From Thermodesulfobacteriota bacterium (lineage in GTDB: Bacteria; Desulfobacterota_D; UBA1144; Nemesobacterales; UBA2774): 64,000 bases of DNA. The translations under genes were made by a program, and so were the position numbers. The notes under the pieces are model-generated. The model worked only from the letters and a program-made list of their open reading frames with translations. It made no database searches and was not told the origin of the DNA. This document shows positions 9,648 through 19,556 of this stretch, piece by piece. Within the stretch, counting starts at the first letter, position 1, and every line of letters begins with the position of its first letter. Location: assembly GCA_965223335.1 (NCBI GenBank), contig OZ244991.1:736001-800000 (forward strand), given 5' to 3'.

Positions 9648-10324
9648 AACTTATACTATTCGATATAGACGGCACATTGCTCATATCAGACGGAGCCGGT
9701 ACACGTGCCGCAAATAGAGCATTCGAGGCAATCCACGGAGTCGCCAACGTCATGGAGGGCATTGACGCTGCGGGCAAGACTGACCCTTTGATACTAGAGG
9801 AGATGTACCGAAACGGCCTCGAAAGATCATACACTTCCATAGAAGCCGAGGAGCTGTACGCTCTTTATGTTGGGTACCTGGAGGAAGAGGTTGCAAAGAG
9901 CAGAGAGTTTACAGTTATGCCGGGGGTAAGACCGCTACTCGGCCTCTTGGGTGATAAACAAGATGTAGTAATGGGAGTAGCAACGGGCAACATTGAGAGG
10001 GGGGCAATGATAAAGCTCGGCCATTGTGGTCTGGACAGGCACTTTAAGCTCGGCGGTTACGGCTCTGACTCTGCCATTAGACAGGAGTTAATTCTAATCG
10101 CAATTGAGCGGGCTAAATGTCACCTGCAATATAACAAGGAATTCCAAAAAGTATTTGTGATCGGTGACACGCCCCACGACATATCACATGGAAAGGCCGC
10201 AGGAGCAATCACAATAGCTGTAGCCACCGGTTCTTACACCGCAAAGCAACTAGACGAACACGAACCCGATTATCTGTTCGACGACCTCTCTAAAACCGAT
10301 CTTGTTTTTGAAATTTTTGAGTAG
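9644..10324 (+). CDS. HAD-family hydrolase (phosphoglycolate phosphatase-like)
   Basis: FDIDGTL, ATGN, IGDTPHD. ATGA overlap with the upstream gene. Confidence 0.92.
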   Translation: MKLILFDIDGTLLISDGAGTRAANRAFEAIHGVANVMEGIDAAGKTDPLILEEMYRNGLERSYTSIEAEELYALYVGYLEEEVAKSREFTVMPGVRPLLGLLGDKQDVVMGVATGNIERGAMIKLGHCGLDRHFKLGGYGSDSAIRQELILIAIERAKCHLQYNKEFQKVFVIGDTPHDISHGKAAGAITIAVATGSYTAKQLDEHEPDYLFDDLSKTDLVFEIFE

Positions 10325-10339
10325 GATTTACTACTTATT

Positions 10340-10906
10340 CTAGCCCAGCCTGCGGAGCAGTGAACTCAATCTCTCGTAATCGTCCCTAAGAAACCTGGTC
10401 AGGCTCTTGCCCATACCTACGAAATAATCCCTGCCCGAGCCCTGAACCTTGGCAGCTTGGTGCAGAGACGATATTATCAGGTCGTCCACAGGAACCTGGG
10501 GTGATGAGATTATGGTGCGTAGGAAAAAGTCCTCGTTGCTAAGCGTTCTTATCTCTTTTTTGTCGCACGCGTATACAAATGTATGTATGGGGGGTGGGAA
10601 CGGGGGAAGGGAATAGATCTGTTTTTTATTGTTTGAATGAGCAAAGGTAAGCACATGGAACTCTGTTTTTAGGAGCTCGAAAATCTGGGGCTGCTCTCTC
10701 CGCAACTCCTCTATACTCATCCCGTGGGGTGTGGGCTTTCTCCCGGGCTCCTTGCTATCGGTTTTAATCTCGTACACAATCCCATATACAACAGGGTCCG
10801 AATCAGTCCGTACAAAACTCCCAAACGGCGGGGCCTCACCAACCGTATGAGTCCCGGCCACAAACCCCTGTGTACTGCTCTCCACAACCTCTCCAATCAC
10901 ACTCAT
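10340..10906 (-). CDS. Stand-alone HAS-barrel domain protein
   Basis: IGEVVESS, PPFGSFV, ELRREQPQIFELLKTEF, LPPxPPxIH. Coupled to nurA. Confidence 0.8.
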   Translation of the reverse strand: MSVIGEVVESSTQGFVAGTHTVGEAPPFGSFVRTDSDPVVYGIVYEIKTDSKEPGRKPTPHGMSIEELRREQPQIFELLKTEFHVLTFAHSNNKKQIYSLPPFPPPIHTFVYACDKKEIRTLSNEDFFLRTIISSPQVPVDDLIISSLHQAAKVQGSGRDYFVGMGKSLTRFLRDDYERLSSLLRRLG

Positions 10907-12078
10907 TATATACCTGGGCTCCTTTTCGAGATGCCTTTTCTCGAGATGTTTACCTTCATCCTCTTCGTCATCAGTGCGTCGCGTACAAGCTCAAAGAAAA
11001 ACTCCCTGTCACGCCCCCTGACCACAGCCTTCTCGTGCGCTTCTGACAATGCCACAGGGTACCCGCTGCCTTTTTTGGCCTGGTCAAAAATAAGCGCGTG
11101 TACCAGATCCAATTTATCTCTGTCACGGGCTACCCATTCTGGTACCTCTACTCGCGCAATCTCATCGCCCACATTGATATAAAAAAAATGTACATGGTGG
11201 GGCCCGTACTGAGACAGTATTTTGGATGCACTCTTAAACACTGCTGACCTCTCACCCTCCTTTAAAACGTTCGAGTAAAGCAGTCTATCCGTAATACCCT
11301 CGATCGGCGCACACGGCAGTTGGGGGAGATCAGTGTAAGGACACTGGTTGCAGAAGCTCGTGGTTTCGGGACAAAGCCCAAGACGAAGCGCATTAACAAC
11401 GTCGGTGCTGCCGGGATGGCTTATATAGCCTGCGATGGGCACACCTATCTCCTGCAGTTTATCCATAATGGAGATTAACTGGGCCAACACCGTCTCCTTA
11501 AAATCACGCGGTGTAGCCTCGAGTTTCCACAAAATCAGTGTACCGTCCGAGAGTGCTATGGTCGGGTTCTCAGATCTATTTTGCTCGGCAAGTTCGGCCA
11601 GCATCCCAAGCTCCATCATGGTGCGTTTCATAGATATGGCATCCTGGTCGGAATAGACCTTCTTTCCGTCCCACATGACATAGCGGTCCTCATCCTTATA
11701 AAAGAGCGTTGGGTCGGAATCAAGCACCGCACCTGCGTTATCTCCATAATTTAAAACCACTTTACTGGTGTTTATCAGATAGCACGGAATAGCCTCGTGT
11801 CGGTCGGGAAAAATCTGCGAGCCGTCCGACGACACCGCACGGTAAGAGGGCGGTCTATCCACTAAGGGATATGTTTTATTAAGTGGCTCATCAAAACCCG
11901 CTACAAGCCATGATGTTTTACTTTTATCAACTTTTTCGGCGAGTGATTCCCAGGACCTAGATTTATCGCTAAGTTCCCTCAGAGCCATGAGTACCTTATC
12001 GCTATACTCGTCCTCAAGGTCCTTACTTTCCTCGACCATCCGGTTAATCTGGGTTTTGAGAGTATTGAATTTGAGCAC
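10906..12078 (-). CDS. nurA: NurA-family 5'-3' nuclease
   Basis: DGSQ, DGTL, GYIS, RVEVPEW, GYPxxLxEAHExA. Confidence 0.9.
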   Translation of the reverse strand: MLKFNTLKTQINRMVEESKDLEDEYSDKVLMALRELSDKSRSWESLAEKVDKSKTSWLVAGFDEPLNKTYPLVDRPPSYRAVSSDGSQIFPDRHEAIPCYLINTSKVVLNYGDNAGAVLDSDPTLFYKDEDRYVMWDGKKVYSDQDAISMKRTMMELGMLAELAEQNRSENPTIALSDGTLILWKLEATPRDFKETVLAQLISIMDKLQEIGVPIAGYISHPGSTDVVNALRLGLCPETTSFCNQCPYTDLPQLPCAPIEGITDRLLYSNVLKEGERSAVFKSASKILSQYGPHHVHFFYINVGDEIARVEVPEWVARDRDKLDLVHALIFDQAKKGSGYPVALSEAHEKAVVRGRDREFFFELVRDALMTKRMKVNISRKGISKRSPGI

Positions 12079-12124
12079 GTAGGCAAAAAAGATAACACGC
12101 CCGTTTATAAAACGAAATAGATAT

Positions 12125-12162
12125 AAAAAAGCGGGCAGCCCAAATAACTGGGGAGCCCGCTT
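12125..12162 (-). terminator. Rho-independent terminator of groESL
   Basis: Minus strand AAGCGGGCTCCCCA...TGGGCTGCCCGCTTTTTT. Confidence 0.85.
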
Positions 12163-12195
12163 CGTAGCTTTTTATACTAACGTTTTTTTCAGGTT

Positions 12196-13866
12196 TTACA
12201 TCATGCCCATTCCGCCGCCCATAGGTCCTCCCGGGCCTCCGATCTGCGGAGGCATCGGACCACCGCCACCCATACCGGCTTCCTCGGTCTGCGGTTTCTC
12301 TGCCACTAGTGCTTCTGTTGTGAGCAGTAACCCCGCCACACTAGACGCGTTCTGTATTGCACTGCGCGTTACCTTTGCCGGGTCCACTATCCCTGCCTCT
12401 ATAAGGTCACAGTACTCTAGCCTCCCTGCATCGAACCCGTTGGAACCCTTCTCCTCACTCACCTTACCTACTACTATTGAGCCGTCCCACCCGGCGTTCG
12501 TTGCTATTCCTCTAAGCGGTTCTTCCAAGACTCTCTTTACTATGTTTACCCCGGCCTGCTCCTCTGCATCAGCTCCGTCAAACCCGTCCACCGCCTTTAT
12601 CGCTCTTATTAATGCTACTCCGCCACCGGCTACTATCCCCTCTTCCACTGCTGCCCTTGTGGCGTTAAGTGCGTCCTCTACCCTGGCCTTCTTCTCCTTC
12701 ATCTCGGCCTCTGTAGCTGCCCCCACTCTTATCACTGCCACTCCACCGGCCAGCTTTGCCAACCGCTCCTGAAGCTTCTCTCTGTCATACTCCCCACTGG
12801 CCTCGTCCACCTGGGCCTTTATCTGGCGTATCCTACCCTCTATCTCGGCCTTCTTCCCGGCCCCGCCTATAATAGTCGCATTGTCCTTGTCTATTACCAC
12901 CTTCTTAGCTCTTCCCAGGTCTGCAAGCTTCGCTCCCTCTAGCTTCATCCCTGCCTCCTCAGCTATTACCTTACCCCCCGTGAGCACTGCTATGTCCTCT
13001 AACATTGCCTTACGCCTGTCACCAAACCCCGGGGCCTTGGCTGCCGCTGCTTTCAGTGTGCCCCTGATCTTGTTCACAACCAGTGTCGCCAGGGCCTCTC
13101 CCTCTATGTCCTCTGCAAGTACCAATAGAGGCTTGGTGCTACGGGCTACCTCTTCGAGTAGCGGTACCAGGTCTTTCATGTTCGAGATCTTCTTGTCGTA
13201 CATTAGTATTAGAGGGTCCTCTAACTCCACCAGCATCTTCTCGGGCTCTGTTACGAAGTACGGGCTTAGGTAACCTCTGTCGAACTGCATCCCCTCTACC
13301 ACGTCGAGGTCGGTTTCCAGGCTTCGTCCCTCTTCCACTGTTATTACTCCGTCTTTACCCACCTTCTCCATTGCGTCTGCTATGATGTTCCCTATTGTCT
13401 CGTCCCCGTTGGCAGACACTGTGGCTACCTGGGCTATCTCTGTACGCCCTTTTACCTGTTTGCTCTGTTTGCGTATGCTGTCCACCACTACTGCTACGGC
13501 TTTGTCTATCCCTCTCTTTAGTTTCATCGGGTCGTGGCCGGCTGCTACCAGTTTTATCCCCTCGCGGAATATGGCCTGGGCCAGCACTGTGGCTGTGGTG
13601 GTACCGTCTCCGGCTACGTCACTTGTCTTGGATGCCACCTCTTTTACCATCTGTGCGCCCATGTTCTCGAACTTGTCCTCTAGCTCGATCTCGTTGGCTA
13701 CCGACACGCCGTCTTTGGTAACCACTGGGGCTCCGAATGTCTTCTCTATTAGCACGTTACGCCCGCGGGGTCCTAGTGTGGCTTTCACAGCTCTTGTGAG
13801 CTGGTCTACCCCTCTTAGTACCGCCTCTTGGGCCTGTCTGTCAAATTTAATTTCCTTTGCTGCCAT
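12196..13866 (-). CDS. groL: Chaperonin GroEL
   Basis: [24 protein letters not shown]-type tail. Confidence 0.99.
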   Translation of the reverse strand: MAAKEIKFDRQAQEAVLRGVDQLTRAVKATLGPRGRNVLIEKTFGAPVVTKDGVSVANEIELEDKFENMGAQMVKEVASKTSDVAGDGTTTATVLAQAIFREGIKLVAAGHDPMKLKRGIDKAVAVVVDSIRKQSKQVKGRTEIAQVATVSANGDETIGNIIADAMEKVGKDGVITVEEGRSLETDLDVVEGMQFDRGYLSPYFVTEPEKMLVELEDPLILMYDKKISNMKDLVPLLEEVARSTKPLLVLAEDIEGEALATLVVNKIRGTLKAAAAKAPGFGDRRKAMLEDIAVLTGGKVIAEEAGMKLEGAKLADLGRAKKVVIDKDNATIIGGAGKKAEIEGRIRQIKAQVDEASGEYDREKLQERLAKLAGGVAVIRVGAATEAEMKEKKARVEDALNATRAAVEEGIVAGGGVALIRAIKAVDGFDGADAEEQAGVNIVKRVLEEPLRGIATNAGWDGSIVVGKVSEEKGSNGFDAGRLEYCDLIEAGIVDPAKVTRSAIQNASSVAGLLLTTEALVAEKPQTEEAGMGGGGPMPPQIGGPGGPMGGGMGMM

Positions 13867-13919
13867 TTCGTATTGCCTCCTAACTTTTTTCTGTTTTCTA
13901 TCAGTTAATTTTTGATCTA

Positions 13920-14207
13920 CTAATCAACAACTGCTAAAATCTCGTCTTCGCGAAGTATCATATGCTCTTCGCCCTCGATCGTGATTTCGGTGCCGCCATA
14001 TTTGCTAAAAAGTATCACGTCACCTTTTTTTACATCCAGGGGTTTAAGGGTACCGTCATCTAAAACTCTGCCCTTACCCACCGACACGACCTTGCCTTCC
14101 TGAGGCTTCTCTTTAGCAGTTTCGGGTATTATAATTCCGCCTTCTGTTTTTTCATTGAGATCCTGTCGTTTAATTAAAACCCTGTCATGTAACGGCCTAA
14201 CCTTCAT
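13920..14207 (-). CDS. groS: Co-chaperonin GroES
   Basis: PLHDRV, GGIIIP, AKEKP, KYGGTE. Confidence 0.99.
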   Translation of the reverse strand: MKVRPLHDRVLIKRQDLNEKTEGGIIIPETAKEKPQEGKVVSVGKGRVLDDGTLKPLDVKKGDVILFSKYGGTEITIEGEEHMILREDEILAVVD

Positions 14208-14245
14208 CTCTAGCCTCCTTCATTTTTATGGATTGTATTAGGGCA

Positions 14246-14315
14246 TTAGCACACAGCATCACCCAGACGATGCGCTAATTCGGGATTAAGATAACCTTAA
14301 TAATAATTTTGTCAA
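14246..14315 (-). promoter_or_regulatory. groESL sigma70-type promoter followed by a CIRCE-like inverted repeat
   Basis: Minus strand TTGACA (14315-14310)-N16-TATCTT, then TTAGCGCAT-N15-GTGTGCTAA (14278-14246). Confidence 0.6.
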
Positions 14316-14419
14316 GTCGGGGGGTTAAACAATTTATACTACTGCATGATCGTGGCAGTTACAATAGTCTGGCTTAATATTCTTGAAAAAATATTATAAA
14401 AAAGATATGTTATCCAACC

Positions 14420-14911
14420 ATGGCAAAAGTAGGAATCATTCTTGGAAGCGATTCTGATCTAGGCAGTATCGAAGACGCAGGGAAAACACTTAGTGAACTC
14501 GGTATTGATTTCGAGCTCCGTGTGGCCTCGGCGCATAGGACCCCCAACAAGGTGAGAACCTATGTGCAGAGTGCCGAGAGGCGCGGAATAGAGGTCATTA
14601 TTGCCGGTGCCGGTTGGGCGGCTCACCTCCCGGGAGTTGTAGCCTCGTACACAACAATACCGGTCATCGGTGTACCAGTGGACTCCTCTGCGCTAAACGG
14701 TATGGATGCCCTTTTGTCGATAGTCCAAATGCCCCCTGGGATCCCGGTTGGAACAATGTCCATCGGCAAGGGTGGAGCCAGGAACGCAGCACTTTATGCA
14801 GCTGCAATTCTAGGGCTTAAATATCCGGATATAAAGAAAAAAGTTAAAGATTACAGGAAGCAGCTTGCACGCAAGGTCGAGCGAGCTGCTAAGAAGACGG
14901 ATATAGGTTAG
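14420..14911 (+). CDS. purE: N5-CAIR mutase
   Basis: GSDSD, SAHRTP, AAHLPG, QMPPG. Confidence 0.97.
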   Translation: MAKVGIILGSDSDLGSIEDAGKTLSELGIDFELRVASAHRTPNKVRTYVQSAERRGIEVIIAGAGWAAHLPGVVASYTTIPVIGVPVDSSALNGMDALLSIVQMPPGIPVGTMSIGKGGARNAALYAAAILGLKYPDIKKKVKDYRKQLARKVERAAKKTDIG

Positions 14912-14920
14912 CCGGGACTA

Positions 14921-15541
14921 TTGACACTTGTAGTAAAGGCATCGGACCCGAGTTCAGTATCTGTAACTGCAGACATTATAATCGACGGTGGCGTGGTAGT
15001 GTACCCCACTGACACGCTATACGGTCTTGGTGCGTCTGCTGTTTCCCCTCATAGTGTCGAAAAAATATTCGATATCAAGGGACGCGAACCCAATAACCCC
15101 ATACCCATCTTGACTAGGGATCGAGAAATGATCGAGAACTACTTCGAACTCACCGGCACCGCCCTGAGTCTTATCGATAGATTCCTCCCTGGCCCCCTTA
15201 CAATCGTGCTTAGACCTAAAGTGGACTTCCCCACCCAGGTATCTGCAAATACCGGGAAAATCGGGGTCAGGATTTCGGCCCACCCGTTTGTGCAATCGTT
15301 GTTTAAAGAAATCGATTTTCCGATCACATCCACCAGTGCAAACCCGAGCGGGCAGAGCAATATCTTTGATTTCAGTGAGTTAAAAAAGGCCTTCGAGTCT
15401 AAAGTTGACCTCATAGTTGATTCGGGTAATATTCCGGCCTCGAAGGGATCTACTGTGTTAGACCTGACTCAAATTCCCCCTCTTATGCTTAGAGAAGGCG
15501 AGATAAAAAGAGACACACTCGAGGAGATAATCCAATGGTAA
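14921..15541 (+). CDS. tsaC: L-threonylcarbamoyladenylate synthase (YrdC/Sua5)
   Basis: YPTDTLYGL, KGR, PGPLT, STSANPSG. Confidence 0.93.
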   Translation: MTLVVKASDPSSVSVTADIIIDGGVVVYPTDTLYGLGASAVSPHSVEKIFDIKGREPNNPIPILTRDREMIENYFELTGTALSLIDRFLPGPLTIVLRPKVDFPTQVSANTGKIGVRISAHPFVQSLFKEIDFPITSTSANPSGQSNIFDFSELKKAFESKVDLIVDSGNIPASKGSTVLDLTQIPPLMLREGEIKRDTLEEIIQW

Positions 15542-16755
15542 TGGTAAAAGGGTTCCGAGGGATTCGTTATAACCCCAATGAGATCGAATCTTTCGATGAT
15601 GTACTGGCTCCGCCCTACGATGTAATCAGCCCCACCCAGCAGGATGATTTCTATGACAAAGATCCGCTTAATGTAATAAGGTTAGTCCTTGCCAAGGGAG
15701 AGGGAGACAGCAGATACGAAAGCGCCGCAGCTACCTATAACGAATGGCAAGAGTCGGGTGTGCTGCTCAGGGACCAGGGAGAATGCATCTACCCTTACTA
15801 CCAAGAGTTCGAGGAAAACGGCACTAAAATCCTAAGAAAGGGTTTTATTGCAGTAGTAAAAATAGAGGATTTCTCTACAAAACAGATTTTGCCCCACGAA
15901 CTCACATTCCCAAAACACAAAAGAGACAGGCTTAAACTAACAACTGCATGTAACTCCAACATGAGCCCTATATTCTGTGTGTACTCAGACCCCAATGGCT
16001 CCCTAGAGAGCGAGATCGACAAAAACCTTGAGGACCCCGTAATCGACTCCACAGGCAGTGATGGGATCCGAAACAGGATGTGGGCAATCGATGATCAGGA
16101 CATAATCAATCAAATTAAAACACAGATGGCGGACAAGACTCTTCTCATTGCGGACGGGCACCATAGATACGAGACAGCCCTTGAATACAAAAGTGTCACG
16201 AGATCAAACGGTGATCAAAATGATGACAGGCCCGCTGACTATGTAATGACATTTTTATCGAGAGCCGAGGACAAGGGGCTTATCATAAACCCCACGCACC
16301 GAGTGATTAAGAACATGGGTGATTACACCTTGGAAAGCCTCCTACAAAAATTGAGCGCCGATTTTGATATTGTAGAGATGGGGTTTTCTGAAGGAATTTC
16401 GGACATAGGCCGAAACGAGATCTCTATAATAAGCAGAGACCAGAGTAAGTCCCATAGACTAAGGCCCAAGCAGCTCTCCGGTGTATCGTATGAAAACATG
16501 GGTGTAATGCAGCTCCATAGCAAGGTGCTAAACAAAGTACTGGATGAGGAGTCATCGGGTGTTGTGTACACGAAATACCTGGACGAGGCACTAGACCTTG
16601 TAGCAAACCGGGGCTATGAACTGGGGTTTTTGCTATCGTCACTTGATGCAAACGATATATTCGAGGTAGTCATGGATGACAAGAGAATGCCACATAAAAC
16701 CACCTATTTTTACCCGAAAATCCTCTCGGGCTTGGTATTTAACCCGCTTTGGTGA
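15535..16755 (+). CDS. DUF1015 family protein
   Basis: APPYDVI, PHE, IADGHHRYE, PTHR, MPHKTTYFYPK. Confidence 0.9.
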   Translation: MVMVKGFRGIRYNPNEIESFDDVLAPPYDVISPTQQDDFYDKDPLNVIRLVLAKGEGDSRYESAAATYNEWQESGVLLRDQGECIYPYYQEFEENGTKILRKGFIAVVKIEDFSTKQILPHELTFPKHKRDRLKLTTACNSNMSPIFCVYSDPNGSLESEIDKNLEDPVIDSTGSDGIRNRMWAIDDQDIINQIKTQMADKTLLIADGHHRYETALEYKSVTRSNGDQNDDRPADYVMTFLSRAEDKGLIINPTHRVIKNMGDYTLESLLQKLSADFDIVEMGFSEGISDIGRNEISIISRDQSKSHRLRPKQLSGVSYENMGVMQLHSKVLNKVLDEESSGVVYTKYLDEALDLVANRGYELGFLLSSLDANDIFEVVMDDKRMPHKTTYFYPKILSGLVFNPLW

Positions 16756-16891
16756 ACTGATATACACTTCCTCCCGCTATACTCGGCAGAGTCCAATTAA
16801 GCCGAATAAGCACGGGAAGTTATGGTAAATCCCTCTTTAATGCTTTATACTAAAATCAGTAATTAAATACTATTTTTAAAGGGGCATTCAT

Positions 16892-17449
16892 ATGTCAGCT
16901 ACTTTGATACTTCTCGTCGTTATTATCGGGCTTGTATTATTCGCGGTAGGTATATACAACGGGCTAATTAAGCTAAGGAACACATCCGAGCAGGCATGGT
17001 CGGACGTGGATGTACAGCTAAAGAGACGATATGATCTCATCCCAAACCTCGTAGAAACCGTAAAGGGCTATGCAACGCACGAAAAGGAAACATTCGAGCA
17101 AGTCGTGAAGGCAAGGAACGAAGCCATGGGGGCCCAGACCCCGGGCGACAAGGCCCAGGCCGAGAACTTCCTGCAATCGGCACTCAAGAGCCTATTTGCT
17201 CTGGCTGAAGCCTATCCGGAGCTAAAAGCCAATGAAAACTTTATGGAACTACAGAGCGAGCTATCCAATATCGAAGAACAGATTCAGCTCGCTCGCCGCT
17301 ACTACAATGCGGTTGTCAGGGATCTCAACACAAAGATAGAATCGGTGCCGAGCAATTTTGTTGCAAACATGTTCAATTTTGAAAAAAGAGAGTATTTCGA
17401 GCTCGATTCTGCCGAAGAGAGAACCACACCCCAGGTAAGCTTCGGCTAG
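16892..17449 (+). CDS. lemA: LemA family protein
   Basis: N-terminal TM helix, QLKRRYDLIPNLV, EAYPELKA, RRYYN. Confidence 0.95.
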   Translation: MSATLILLVVIIGLVLFAVGIYNGLIKLRNTSEQAWSDVDVQLKRRYDLIPNLVETVKGYATHEKETFEQVVKARNEAMGAQTPGDKAQAENFLQSALKSLFALAEAYPELKANENFMELQSELSNIEEQIQLARRYYNAVVRDLNTKIESVPSNFVANMFNFEKREYFELDSAEERTTPQVSFG

Positions 17450-17529
17450 AGCACGCAGTCTTAGATTGATAACATACTTTGCTTACCCTCACTCCCATCG
17501 GGTTTGGGAGTAGTGACACAACATCACAT

Positions 17530-19245
17530 ATGCCTAATGTAAGATCGAATTTTAGGGTTTTAAGGTACTTATTACTCCTCACTCTAGCTCTACCGCTTGT
17601 CACACCCGGTGCATCCGCCGAGGTAATAAAGAGTTTCGATAGCGATATATACATCGAGAATAACGGCTCTGTAACAGTGATCGAGACCATACATTATGAC
17701 TTTGAGGGTGCATATAGACACGGTATATATAGGGATATTCCAGTTAAGTATGAGATTGGCGGTAAGTACCATAAACTTTGGATAGACGTGATTGAGGTCA
17801 CCGACCAAAGTGGGGAGGACTACCAATACAAAACCACTAAGAACGGGGGGAGACTCAATATCAGGATAGGCGACCCCGACCGTACTATCACTGGCCTACA
17901 TGTTTATAAAATAGTCTATAGGGTAGACGGTGCGATCACATTTTTTGAGACCGAAGACGAATTCTATTGGAACGTGACCGGGGACGAATGGAGAGTGCCC
18001 ATACTCTCGGCAAGTGCGGACGTAGAGCTAGAGGACCCAAACACCGAAGGACTTCGGGCAAAATGCTTCACCGGCCGGCTGGGCTCAACCCAACAGGACT
18101 GCTCATACAGGCTAAAACAGTCCGGTGCATCATTCGAGTCACTTAGGCAACTGCCCGGAGGTCACGGTCTAACATTGGTATTGGGGTTCCCCAAGGGGTC
18201 TGTTTCGGAGCCCTCTGGGCTGGCTAGAGCAATAAGAACACTAAGGGATAATTGGTCGCTCGGCATCCCAGCCCTAGCACTGCTGTTTTTGGGTTTTATG
18301 TGGCGTAGCAGCGGCAGAGACCCCGAGACAAGCGGTGTTATAGCAGTTCGGTACGATCCCCCCGGGGAGCTCACTCCCGCAGAGGCAGGCACACTTATTG
18401 ACGAGCAGGTTGATATACTCGACATCACATCCACAATCATAGACCTGGCAGTAAGGGGCTACCTAAAAATAGAAGAGGTACCGAGTACAAAATACGTATT
18501 TTTCTCAAGCAACGATTATAAGCTTATTAAAGTAAAAGAGCCCACTCAGGACGAGCTAAAATATCATGAGGAGATCGTATTTTCGGGCATTTTTAAGCAT
18601 GGCACCCATAATGTTATGGTATCCGACCTAAAGAACAAGTTTTATAAAGAGATCCCCTCTATCCAAAAGGCTCTCTACAACGAACTCGTGGGTTCGAAAC
18701 TCTTCCCCACAAATCCCGACCATGTCCGCCAAATCTATAAATGGATCGGTTATGGCCTTGTTGTGCTCGGCATGTTTGTAATAAGCATGCTCTGGGCAAA
18801 GCTATCGATTCTGGCCACAGGCATAATATTTATTATTTTCTCGAGGTATATGCCCAGGAAAACAAAGCGCGGGGCTAAGCTGAACGAAGAGATACTCGGA
18901 TTTAGAGAGTTTATTGAGCGTGCGGAAAAGGGCAGGATCGAGAAACTTGCTAAAGACGACCCCACGCTCTTTGACCGTATACTTCCATACGCCATAGTAT
19001 TCGACCTATCCGACAGGTGGGCCGATGCGTTTAGCGACGTCTACACTACTCCTCCTAACTGGTACCATTCCGCTAGCTATAACAACATGTTTTCCCCACG
19101 AATATTTGTCGGCGATTTAGGCCGGAGCCTAAGCGTGATGAACAACAGTCTCAGATCGACACCGCGCAAATCCGGCGGCAGCGGATTCGGAGGCGGGGGG
19201 TTCAGCGGAGGCGGATTCGGCGGCGGCGGCGGGGGCTCCTGGTAA
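17530..19245 (+). CDS. DUF2207 membrane protein
   Basis: HGIYRDIP, YWNVTG, DLAVRGY, LPYAI, Gly-rich GGGGGSW end. Likely start ATG 17530. Confidence 0.9.
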   Translation: MPNVRSNFRVLRYLLLLTLALPLVTPGASAEVIKSFDSDIYIENNGSVTVIETIHYDFEGAYRHGIYRDIPVKYEIGGKYHKLWIDVIEVTDQSGEDYQYKTTKNGGRLNIRIGDPDRTITGLHVYKIVYRVDGAITFFETEDEFYWNVTGDEWRVPILSASADVELEDPNTEGLRAKCFTGRLGSTQQDCSYRLKQSGASFESLRQLPGGHGLTLVLGFPKGSVSEPSGLARAIRTLRDNWSLGIPALALLFLGFMWRSSGRDPETSGVIAVRYDPPGELTPAEAGTLIDEQVDILDITSTIIDLAVRGYLKIEEVPSTKYVFFSSNDYKLIKVKEPTQDELKYHEEIVFSGIFKHGTHNVMVSDLKNKFYKEIPSIQKALYNELVGSKLFPTNPDHVRQIYKWIGYGLVVLGMFVISMLWAKLSILATGIIFIIFSRYMPRKTKRGAKLNEEILGFREFIERAEKGRIEKLAKDDPTLFDRILPYAIVFDLSDRWADAFSDVYTTPPNWYHSASYNNMFSPRIFVGDLGRSLSVMNNSLRSTPRKSGGSGFGGGGFSGGGFGGGGGGSW

Positions 19246-19556
19246 GTCAATTGATCACTCACCTGTTGCAAGTTTAGTCGTTTTGGTTCGACATGACTCA
19301 CAATGCATCGAATTAACCAGCAAACTCTGCTTGATATATAGCAAAATATCTAAACACCTGTTCGTCCCATCAAATAAACTATTTTCTCTGTGATCCGACT
19401 TTTTCGCAATTGAAACTTAGACTAAACTGAACTAATATTATATAGGAGGCGTGGGTTGGTGGTGTCAGTTTATCCATCCCTTAACCGAGGTGTGTATATA
19501 TAGATATACACATCACTCACAAACTCATAAATATTGAGAATAAAAGGCATAGTAAG

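Noticed and set aside
12203..13915. Series of long plus-strand ORFs antisense to groEL (also seen opposite hbd, oadB, mlaE and the nitrilase)
   Set aside because: Expected shadow ORFs from codon bias; no SD or recognisable motifs.
19170..19245. GGC-rich repeat-like tract
   Set aside because: It encodes the normal Gly-rich C-terminus of DUF2207 proteins.
19440..19515. Hairpins upstream of the hybrid kinase (GTGTAT/ATACAC)
   Set aside because: Low-complexity AT repeats, no U-tract and no recognisable RNA motif.
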